Of a stretch of DNA of 64,000 nucleotides, positions 37,301-48,690 are shown one piece after another. Below the pieces are notes generated by a model. It did not search any database and had not been told where the DNA came from. It worked only from the letters and a program-made list of their open reading frames with translations. Position 1 is the stretch's first letter, and each line of letters begins with the position of its first letter. This stretch comes from Podarcis tiliguerta (Eukaryota). Made by a program: the position numbers and the translations under genes. The stretch is taken from NCBI GenBank assembly GCA_965153285.1, contig OZ229115.1; one strand, 5' to 3'.

Positions 37301-40249
37301 AAAGAGCCCCAATTATTGATAGAGCCAATTTCATGACACATGTAAACATGCAACAAGATGGGGAACAAGACTTGGCTACTATGTCTCCAGAAAGAAGCAA
37401 GTGGCCCAAAACTATTCCCCCACCCACAACTGCATAATTGTCTTGCTCTGCACTACCTATCAGAAATAGGCATTATGACAATAGTTGAATGCTGTGCGAT
37501 AAGAAAATTATGTTTTGTGACAGACAATCCTTGAAAAAGCCAGGAAATATTCTCTTCTGAGGGCAAATCCTATGCAACCACAAGTCCGCCAATGCTCGTC
37601 AGATGAAAGAGAACTACCCAAGAGGACAAACTGGGGGGTGGAGAACCGGACACAAAGAGGTGAGAGAGGTGACCAACAGGGTTTTTATGTGCTATTGACA
37701 CCACCACCCCTTGTTTGTCTCTTCTTGGAAATGCTTGTGGTTCCCAGACTGGGACATCCAGTCTGGGACATCCATGTTTATTTGGTATTTTGGGGAATGT
37801 GGACATTAGCAAATCAAGCCCCATCAAAAAGAAGTGTCAGAGAGAGCTGTCCCATTCTTTCCCTGGACCTCAAAGAGAAGCTGTAGGCTCTGAGATACTA
37901 TTACTGTCTTGGGATAGGCGATTAGTGGGTGATGGGTTTATGCTGCTATTTCAATTATGTCTAGGCAGCTCAATGAGGGGATTAGCTTCTTCTCTGTGGC
38001 CAGAAAGCTCTGAGTGCCTGCTCCAGTGACCTAGAGACACTACACGAACTGCATGAGAGCAAGCAGGAAACTTCAACACCAGGTGACTGGGTGGGGTGAA
38101 ATGCAGGGGCATTTCTGATTCACCTTCCCATCATAGAGTTGGAAGGGATCCCAAGGATCACCTACTAGTCCAACCCCTTCCCTTGTCCTAGCAGCCTCTG
38201 CAAACATCCTCTTTCCCATTTGACAACATTGACTCCCAGAATTGGTTAAAGATTGACTTGGACTATATGTCGTACTCCAAAGCTACGCTGGACTCTCCCC
38301 GCCGCACACCCTCCTCTCCCCACCCCAGGGCACAAAACAACATTGACAAAGGACTCCAGAAACAAAAGTAGCAGCCAGAGCATTGAGCAACAGTATAAAA
38401 GTTGTGTCAAAGGAAGAAGGCAAGGATGTGCAAGTCATTATATACCATTTCAAACAAAGAACACTGCAATATAGCAGAAGAGGAGCAGTGCTCTTAGTGC
38501 CTGTGCATGTGAAAGCATGTGCACACATTTGCAGGCCTGCTGGGATGCTTTCTAACACCAAGTGCTGAACCTGGGCTGCAAAGGGTATGTGCACAGTCCA
38601 AAATGTCCCACAACCAGGCAAATGTGGGAATCTGAGTAGTTTTCGCACATACCCTTTGCTGTCTAGGTTCAGCCAATCTGAACAGCACTTGGGCAGGTGG
38701 TTCACCCGTTTATCATCTCCTTTCATTTTGATTAATGCTGGCTGGCCTGACTTGGTTTCTAATCAGCAGAATCACATTCAGTAGAATGGAGATGATCCAA
38801 AGGGCACAGCCCTTTACACATGCGTTTGTGTGCATGAATATAGGTCTGTGCATGCGTTGATGTATTTTTATTTATTAGATGTGTATCTTGACATTCCTCC
38901 AAAAAGAGCCAGCAGCTCAGCAAGCAGAGCAGCAATAGCACCATTAAAACATCTAAAAACAATTCCAATACACATGCAGACATGTGCATTGAAAAAATTG
39001 CGGGAGGAAATAGTGTGTGAGGGTCACAGATCATACAGTGCTATGCTGTATGCACAAATGCCAAGGTTTGAGTGCTCTGTGCTTTCAAAACGATGTTTTA
39101 TGCAGGGAAAATATAAAGCAGCACATGAAAGGAAATGTGTAAAGGAATGCATGGATGTGCCTGTGAAACGCTGCAGTAGAGAAGACCTGCAATCTCTATG
39201 GGTGGAATGCAAGGGACTTTGGTGTCTGTGTGTTGCAGCTATCCAAACTCCCCTTCCCCCACATGTTCCAGGCCTGAAACTGGCACGGTGCCCCCTGGCT
39301 GGGGTGCAGGCTATTTCAGGCGTCTCCTGGGAGCCTCGCTCTCAGTAAATGTAGAAATCCAAAACACAAACAACGCAGCCGTGTGGATGGGGGCTAACAT
39401 TTCCCACCTGCTGAACTCTACATGTTTCCCTAGTAATGTTGTATGACGGGGAGGAGGCGGCTTTAAGGGAAGCAGCATCACTCCACCTATGAGAGAAGCA
39501 AAGAGCCTAGCTCTGGTAAAAGACACCTGCGGAAGGCACATCCTGCCTTCCACTTCCCAGGCTATTTGGGGGAAGAGGAAATGGACAGGTGCATGAGGAC
39601 TTCTCGGTAGTTGTGTCAGATGTCAAAGAGATAAACAGTTATATGACTTTTCATAGACTTCTGAGGGCAGCCAAGTGTGCTTTCTTAGTTTGGGGAATTC
39701 CCAGACTCTACATCCACTGCCCTTCTGCCTAAGGTTGTTGTGATGCATCTGCATCCAACACCTTTTTATACCGATAGCTGTAAAATATAGGGCTGCGATT
39801 TCCTGCACTTGACACATCTGAGGAACTGCCTGCTGGCTATATTATTTATGAAAACCTGGCTGCACTGGAAAGCTTTATTGTATCTAATTCTGGCTTAAAT
39901 GTGCTTTAACAACTGATAAATAATATAAATTGATACTTTGCTTTAATGATTTGTACCGCCTATTCTGAAATGAATGTACGATGTTATAACAGTACAGTAT
40001 TAATGAAACAGACTCCTTTGTGGAGATTGCTGTATTATGATTTGAAACGAATTGGTACTGAGCAGTTTACGCTAATGCTGCTTTGCTGCGTTCTCATGTA
40101 GTGCATCGCTTTGGGCACATCTGTGCAGAAAAGCAGCAAACAAATTAAGTAAAATTCCTCACCGTCACCGCCCCAGACCACCAAGACCCCTGCATTCAAA
40201 GGAGGCAGAATATGCCAACTCAAACCTGACATATTCCCCGCAAACTCAC

Positions 40250-40279
40250 CAGCAACCCCTCACTGCATTTTTCTGCCAT
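40250..40279 (-). CDS. SLC6A9: GlyT1a start-codon exon, coding part (MAEKCSEGLL); whole exon 40250-40395
   Basis: Strong Kozak CCAACCATGG; 10 codons then GTGAGT donor (phase 0); same length as mammalian GlyT1a MVGKGAKGML; acceptor ttttattctccacag at 40397-40396. Confidence 0.9.
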
Positions 40280-40464
40280 GGTTGGGGGCCGTGATGTGAG
40301 CGCCCAGCTGCCCACTGTCCGTCTTGATGGCTAGGCTTCCCAGGCTACACAGAGAGCTCAGACAGAAGCGCAAATTAGACCAAAGAGACAGGAAGCTGTG
40401 GAGAATAAAACGGGCTCTGGTTAGAGAAAATGAAACAACAAGAGAAGACACCTGTCCTCTAACT

Positions 40465-40880
40465 TAGGGGTGACAAAACTTTTTTTTGGGGGGGAGGTTC
40501 AAGGGCCACATTCACTCCTGGCCAGTCCTGCAGGGGCCACATACTAATGGTGGGTGTGGCCTAAAGTTATTGCAGTCACCTCACATTCTCTCTCACACAC
40601 AGAGCTCCTCTCTCCAGCAGATCGATGTGGAAGGAGGGGGTTATTGCCCATCTCTGCTCATCAAATGATTGATCTGATGACCACAGAATGAGAGATTTGC
40701 ATCCCCATCAGGGTGCTGAGCAGAGAGCTTGAACCCTCCCTGACCACTCAAGTTCTGTGTCTACTTTACTTCATCCACACCAGCACTACTTTTTTGCCAC
40801 TGCCATCAAAATTAGGGGCAGGGAAGGTGGTTTGGGAAGGTGGCTGGATCAGGCCAGGGGGCCAGGGGTAGTTACCCCTG
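40465..40880. mobile_element. Non-autonomous hAT element, 416 bp
   Basis: Ends TAGGGGTGAC / GTTACCCCTG; TSD CTCTAACT/CTCTAAAT. Confidence 0.75.
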
Positions 40881-43800
40881 CTCTAAATCTTCAATGAGGG
40901 GAACACACACACAAACACACGTGACCAAGACTGGTGCATTTGCAAGGACCATCTCTTTTTACAGAAAAATTATGCTGCCGTTTCCCAGTCTACATTCAGC
41001 ATATGCCCAAAGATGGTAAAATGAGAGCAGGGCTGGGAGGGGATGCAGAGTTTGGGTTAGCAGGCACTTATATCTGCCCCGTCATTCCTGGTTCCTTCAG
41101 CCCATTGCCATCTCTGAAGCGGGAAGAAGCTGCAAGAATCACACACGTGGCTGCAAAAGCATTGCCAGTGCTCAGGGCATGGAAAGTCTTCAGGGCACCA
41201 AACACGCACAGGGGCACAGCTGCCACTGAGGACACAGATGGGAGGCAATTGCCTTCCACCCTGGTGCACCTAGTCACGTGCCAGGTCAGCTCTGCCATTG
41301 TGCTAGAGACCAGGTGGTACTGCCAGGCAGCGAAAAGGGGACAGCCATGGTGTCTGTTTGTCTGTCTGTGGCAGGGAAAGGCATCGCCCAAGATAGTTTG
41401 TAAGACATCGGCAACAAAAGTGAATTGGTTGTTGGTCATGAAGGGGGCAGAGCATGAAAGGATGCCTCTATAAACTGTAGCACATGGGGAACAGGGTGGA
41501 TGAGGAGAAGATAGGGTGGGTATTTAGAGGGACCTTGCTGGTGGCTGAGCCTGAGCCAGTGAGATAAGGAGCTGAATGAAGTGTGCAAGCTCTTCTCTAC
41601 TGTCTTACAAAAAGGGGACCCAAATTCCGATTCATTTTTCTTTCTTCTGCGATGATGCAACTCCAGATAAGGTGACTTGGAGAAAGCAAACCTGAATTGA
41701 CTTTTGTATAGACCCTCAACTCAAATGGCCCGGCTTCATGTTAAATGCCAGGGGTCAAATACCCCATGGAGACTGAATACCAACCACCCAAAATGCGCAC
41801 AGCAATGGGTAGTGTTAAAAATTATTTTTCATGTACTATCACTGCACTTAGCCGTCACTCCAAGAATGCAGCTACTGTAAGGAAAGGGTCCTGGTAATTC
41901 TGTCTTCTCAGCTCCTAGCAGACCTATCTGAGCATCCGCTTCTTCCTGTGCCTTACAATGGTGGGCCCCAGGTGCCCTCCCCCCCCCCAGGGGGCTGACC
42001 TAGCTGCATCAGACATTTCTGGTCACCAGGGAGGAAACAACACCTCATTCTCCTCACCTGGGCTCCAGCTAGGGGAATGTGCACATGTAAGCATGAACAC
42101 CAGAGTCCTGGTCTTCTCTTCACTTCCATAATATACTTGGCTCTGAGTACCAGGGTAAACTGGCACTGAAAGCAGAACTCGGCAACAAGAAAGTAGACAC
42201 AAACATTAAGTCTCTCTAAATTATTGAATTAAAATTCAGAACCCAAATTTGGAAATACTAACGACTAAATAAAAAACATCAGGACCACAGGATCCGTGAT
42301 CGAATATAAATTATGAAAACCAATATAATTAAGCAAATGTGTGTTGTGTGGGTTTTTGCAAACGTAGAGCAGGGCAAAAGAGAGAGGTGTTTATAAATAA
42401 CATGGCGGACTCACTAGTTTGGTTGAAATGCAGCGAGCCATGGGGTTGGGTGGGGGGAGAGAGCTTCATTTCAGCTTCAGGACAAGGCTAGATCCTGTTG
42501 CTTGACATTCTATGGATGCTAATTGTATTCAGCAAGCAATAAAGCTGAACAAATTGTGCTTCACTTCCTGTGAACAGGACTGTGAACACAAAACTGGGCC
42601 CTGGATATCTTATTGTGAAACAACCACTAAACAGCTGGCACATTCACTACAGAAAAACAGGAGGTGGTCACTGCCACATTTTTTTTCAAATCTCCAGGAC
42701 AGAGGTGGCAACCTCAATACCACGGGGTATTGGACACTTGAAAGGGCAGCTCCTGAAAAGTTAAAGACAGTGAACTGGAACAGATGCGTCATGAGTATGA
42801 GCACACAGACTTGCCTCTCATCCCATTTCTTCCATCAACTATTTTCTCATGGATTAGTTAAAATATATTCATATTTTATTTTTATTAATTAAATTTCAAC
42901 ACCACCCTTCATCCAAAGATCACAGGATGGTTTACAATATAAAAACACAAAAATATATAACATAATGACAGACAAAATCAATAACACCTCCCACCCCCAA
43001 TTTAAAAGGCTTTAATTAACCAAAGGCCTGAAAGAAGAGGAATGTTTTTTGCCTGGCACTCAAAAATATGCCATTCTTTGGAGACATGATTATATTCATA
43101 CTTAATATTGTATAATTTTCCATGCACTTTATACACGCTGTCAGTTGCCCTTACAACAGCCGTCTAGGGTAGTCTGTATTATTAGCCCTGTACTGCAGAC
43201 TCGAGAAAAATATGTCTCGTTCCACATCCTCTACCAAATCCAAGGCAGAGGGGATATTTAACAAGGGACTTCCTGGTTCAAAGCTTAGTCATTTAGTTAC
43301 TACACTGTGCTGTGTTGGGAGCTGGTCAGTGAAATCCCTGCCCTAGAACTTGTGTAGAAATGAATTCTCTCTACCACAAGAATAAGTTTCAAAGCTTTAC
43401 TGTAGAACCATCTTAAATACTAGTTAAAATGAGATAAACATTGCAAAATAACAAAACAAGAAATGGGGTCCGGTCCTTTATGCAGTTCGGTAAACTTTCC
43501 TCTCTCTGGACCCAGAGAGAGATCCTAAGCTTGTTCATCATTGCAGAGCGTCTTTGCAACCACTGCTGCTACTGCCAGCTATCTCCCAGAAGCACATGCT
43601 GGCTTCTCAAGTTCCAACTTCCTGCTGTGAGAGCTCTGCGGCTCTCCTGTGATGAATCACCAGGTAGTTTACCTTATTGAATGAAAAAGTATCAGTCTTC
43701 TTATAGGGCGGCTTCCCATACATTTTTGTACCAGTGGTCTATGTTCACTCCTTATAGGTCCTTCAAGTCTAGTTACAATATTTCTAGCTGCTGAGAGTAA

Positions 43801-44864
43801 GTGACTTAAGCTTAAATGTAGCTCCTTTTTATCACAACAAGACAACGACCTATCCCACCCCAACAGCATACAAACTACTATGGCTAAGCTGACCCAACAA
43901 CCCCCCCCCCCAGCTCACAGATACAAACAAACCACACTGCAACCAAGCAAGCTTTGAAGCCTCTAATCTCTCACAATGCCAATACAAATAAATATATAAA
44001 TAAAGGACCTACACACATGATGCTGACACAAAAACCTTATGCAAACACTATGCAATAGAATGGAAGATCGCTATCTCCCTCTCTTTTTCCCTAACCACAA
44101 TGTCTATGACAATAGTGTCTCATACCAAATGTAAATGAAATGTGAAAAAGACTCTATGAATTGAAAGCAGAGACTTTCCTTGTTCATTTGTTTGTATTCC
44201 AACACAAGACAATCTTTAACAAGAACCAATTCAAAAATATCAGCCTTCTCTGACACTTTTGTTGGAGTGAAACTTCTTGCCTAAGGTAAACTTCCCTTTA
44301 CAGCATTTTAAATACAGTGCATTCAAACACAGCATGTGGTGTACGTTAAACATATAACTATAACATGCTGGCTGCAATGAGGTGGGGTTTCACTTTGTAT
44401 TAGAGACTGGCAGCATTAAATGAAGGAGTGATCATCACTCCAGCTGAATGCAAATGATAAGGGTGTGATCTTGTGCGCTGGGAAAGGGAACATTAAAAAA
44501 TGGTGCACTACAATCTCTAAGCCTCCAAGTAGTGAGTTTCTGAAGAACACAGGGAGGGAACAACTGCCAAGTGAGGAAGAGGAAAGAGAGGTAGCAGTGG
44601 CAGGACACAAGGACAGCTAGCAGAGAGAGGGGTTCACCTCAGGTGGCAGATTTAGGATGTGGGGAGCAGCAAGGTTGGACAGCAGTTCTGTGCGTGCCAC
44701 ACAACCCACACCAGACCTCTTAAACTACTACCTCCAGGCAGAGTGCAGGATGCTAACATGTCACCAATCTGGTTAATTTCAGATAGACGTGGCACTGAGG
44801 CTCTCATGTTCTTCAACTTAGGCAGCAAAATGTCTTTGACGTTTGATGTTTGAATTTGTTGGCA

Positions 44865-44895
<31 letters not shown>
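44865..44895. repeat. (ATT)n microsatellite, ~10 units
   Basis: Direct reading. Confidence 0.97.
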
Positions 44896-46400
44896 TCCTG
44901 AGGAGGAAGGAAGACATACAACATAAGAAGCACAGACATAAGTTTAGAAGCAGCCAGAAAATTCAGCATCCTGTGAATTTTAGCTGTTGTTGATATAGAG
45001 GTGGGTGGAAAGCAAATTTCTGGCAGTTCTGAAGGCAAATATAAGCTTGAACATCCAAGTCCCAAAAACCAGAAGGGAAATAAGCACACGATTTTGAGTT
45101 CAGGAGGAAGCGTGACAGCGCCCTGCAAATCTCTTCGGAAATCAGGGAAATGGAGATATGCAAAAGGTGGAAATCTGATTTACATGCTTGCTACCACAAA
45201 TTGTGGCAACCTCTGTGCAGATCTCTCTCTTAAAAAATAAATAATTGCAAGAGTATGCACAGTCTTGGATATATGGCTGCTACACACGAGTTTTCAGCAA
45301 CCCTGTTTCAGGTAAAAGGTGAAGTCTCCACAACATTATAACCAGGAAACAGGCCCAGCATAAAATATGAGGCATGAGTGATAATCCTCTCTGCTGCTTC
45401 ATAGCCTGGCTCTCACAACCAGAAAGGTGTTTAAACCACCAGCCTAGCAAACAAATTGCCCTCAGGATCCTGCCCAGTGCACACTTGCAAATAAATGTTC
45501 ATTTCACTTCAAGGAAGGACACCATAATAATCACACTCTTATGCTTGCAGCAAGGAACTAGCCAAAGACCCAAGGTGAAAATGCAGCATAACAAAGGACA
45601 CTCTTGAGGCCAGAGGAGACGTTGTGCAACCAAAGGGACCCTGAGGAGCAGCTGGAACAGAGGCCCTTTCTGCTCCGGTGTCCTAAATATAAGGAAGTAT
45701 GTGAATGATACACCCTCAAGCTGTCAGGGATCAGACAAGGGGGGGGGGGGGAGTATGCTCTGTGGGGAGGTGCAGGAATGAAGCGACACAGAAGGCATTA
45801 TGTGATAGGGAATCTACCCCGTTCCTAAGCTTGAGTGACTTGCCCCCACTCTAGATAGACACCGGAATGATGGCTCCCTTTTCATACTTGAGCAGTCCTT
45901 GTCCTGCCAACAAGCAGCTACTGAATTGGGATGCAGAAAAGTTTTTCTGCTCTGCCATGCCAAAAGCACGGAAGTGCAATTAAGAAACCCTGCAAAATAG
46001 CAGGACATCTCACAAAGGGGACACGAGGGAAGCTGTGCCCAGGGATGGCACTTTCTCTCAGAGCCACTTTGTCACTTTGTCCACACACTCTTTCTCTCTC
46101 AAGTGGACTGACCCACCCTGCCCACGGGACCGAACAAGGAGCTCCCCCCCCCGCCACACTCACTGCATTTTGGCCTGGGGGAGGAAGCACTCCTGCCAAC
46201 CATGTCTTGGTTCACTGAATAGCCTTCAGCAGCTGTACGTCACAACTATAAGGGGATCAGAAGTCGTGCAAGAAAGTCAATTGTCTTGGAAGAGTCAGCA
46301 ACGACTTTGGTGGAAGGGAACTTCTGAGACCTGGCGGGAGTATATCACACTTGGAAAAAATCCTGGCCTTAGCTCAGCCCAAAGCGTTATTTTAACAGTA

Positions 46401-46642
46401 CAGTGGTACCTCAGGATAAGTACTTAATTCGTTCCGGAGGTCCGTACTTAACCTGAAACTGTTCTTAACCTGAAGCACCACTTTAGCTAATGGGGCCTCC
46501 TGCTGCTGCTGTGCCGCCGGAGCCCAATTTCTGTTCTCATCCTGAAGCAAAGTTCTTAACCTGAAGCACTATTTCTGGGTTAGCGGAGCCTGTAACCTGA
46601 AGCGTATGTAACCTGAAGTGTATGTAACCCAAGGTACCACTG
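46401..46642. mobile_element. Tc1/mariner-type MITE, 242 bp (copy 2)
   Basis: Same TIRs, TA TSD and length; same orientation as copy 1. Confidence 0.9.
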
Positions 46643-48463
46643 TAATCAGATCTTCACTCTTGCCACTGATGGCTAGCACGACACAATAATGAAGATTGCC
46701 CTAGGATTACATGTCTGGCTATTCAAGCGGCTGAACCCAGATGCTAGGAAACTGAGGACCACCCAAACCACACTGGCAACATCCACATCTCAGTGGTGCA
46801 AACAGCTTGATGCTGACCTGCATGAGCACAAGTATGGTTATGTGGGACAGGGCAACCTGCACTTTTATCTCCTCAAGGATGGATGAGACTGTCTCAGAAT
46901 GAAGCATTGATCTGGGATGTAAGCTAGTGACTCTTGCACGTCCCAGCCCATGAGTGTTGGTACTGTTTTGCTGATGGGCTGAAATGGAGATTATTCCTCA
47001 TAATCAGAAATAAAACATTGTTACAGATTCTTTTTTTAAAATTAGAACTCCAGGGGGTAGCCATGCTAGTTTTGCGGCAGCATAAACAAAAAATAATATC
47101 ACAGCAAAAAATAATTATACATTCATTCCCTGCTTTCTACTTTCATCTGTATTCAGGGAGGGTCAATGCATATTTCACTTCAGGCATTTGACGAAGTGAG
47201 CTCCGACCCACAATAAACATGTAATTCTTTAAGATGCCACAAGGGTCTTTGCTGTTTTGATTATTCAGAAGGAGTAATTTTGTAAGTTTCCTCAGTCTCT
47301 CTTTGTAACTGAACAGCCTCCATTTCTGAGTGCGAAGTGAGCTTTGTGCCTTTCAGTCCATCCTCAGGACTGAATCTATTATATAGGCTCTTTGTTTTAG
47401 TTGGGCACACTTTATTGTGGCAAGCTAGCAGCACATTCAACAAAGTCGTCTGCAGCCATCAAGCCTGTTGCAATTAACAATATGTAAATTATGTGTGGAT
47501 TCCCCCCCCCCCACTGTACCATTGGTACATTGTTGCATTAACTGATTTCCTACTGCCTGAACACCTTTAACTTTCAGATATGTAATTCTACAAGTCGGCA
47601 TGTGGCCAAGCTAGAAAGAGGACACAGGATACCTTGAGGCAAGTTTAGGCTCCCAAAGTTGAGTGAAAAACTAAGTTCTTTTTCGGCATAATGTTGCGTG
47701 CGTGTGTGTGTGTGTGTGGCATACTCACACAGAGAGAGAAATCCTGGTGGCACACCATTGACAAGTGCTGGCAAAAACCTCTCACTGATACTACCCCCAA
47801 GCTGCTGTAGCTATTAAGTCACTCCTTCAACTCCAAATTCACACCATTCTCCACTTTCTATATGATGTCAAAATACTGAACCCACCATAGCATCGGCTGA
47901 AGGAAGCACCACCACCCCTGGCACACACGCACACACCCCGTGGGTGAAAACAAATCCAGAGAAGTCCGAAACACCTGGCCAGAGAGGGCGCGCGATCCCT
48001 TTAAAAGCAGCGGAGGGGGCAAGAAAACGGGGGGTTACATCAGCTGCCACGTGGGAGCAGCTCCGCGCCCCGCCCCCGCACATGCCGGGGTGGAAAATTA
48101 CAGCGCGCGGATCCCCCGGCCCCCGGGAGCGCCCGGCAACTTCACCTCCCCTAGGCCGCGCGCACCCGCTCCCTTCCCGCGTGGCGGTTTCCGTAAAGCT
48201 CAGGGGTCCGGGACCCCCTTTGACAGCCCGCCTCCGGGGCTGCCCGCTACAGGTCTTGCCTCGAGGCAGCTCCGGTGACAGCGGCGGATGGAACACACTG
48301 GGAGCCGCGCCGCCTCCGGACCTTCGCCGGCGCTTCCTCGGCGGCACCACGCTTTCCTACCACGCTTTCCCCGCCCCTTCGTTTCTCTTTTTCTCTCGCG
48401 CACACCGGCGCGCGTGTCTCCAAACCCAACCCCGGGATCCTTTTCTCTCTGCCCGCGCCTTAC

Positions 48464-48690
48464 CCTCTCCATGCCGCTCCCGCCTCCTCCTGCCGCTCCC
48501 CGCCGGTGCCTCGCCCGGGCTTTTCAGGCGCGCTGTCAAGGTGGAGGATCCTCTTATTGAGAAAATTGCATCAGCCCGAACCGTACTCCTTCAGCCTCGC
48601 CTCGCCGCCGCCGCCGCCGCGCACCCTGCGAGCTCGCCTGCTGCGCGTCCCGGGAGCAGCGTGTCCGCGCGTGGCAGCCGACAGTCCCTC
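48464..48690 (-). other. SLC6A9: Probable non-coding exon 1 of the GlyT1a transcript
   Basis: Strong donor AGG|GTAAGG at 48463, downstream of CCAAT/GC boxes inside the CpG island. The TSS position is only estimated. Confidence 0.65.
48565..48573 (-). promoter_or_regulatory. C/EBP-ATF response element (CARE/AARE) TGATGCAAT
   Basis: Exact ATF4-C/EBP consensus in an AT-rich patch of the CpG island; mammalian SLC6A9 is an established ATF4 target. Confidence 0.75.
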
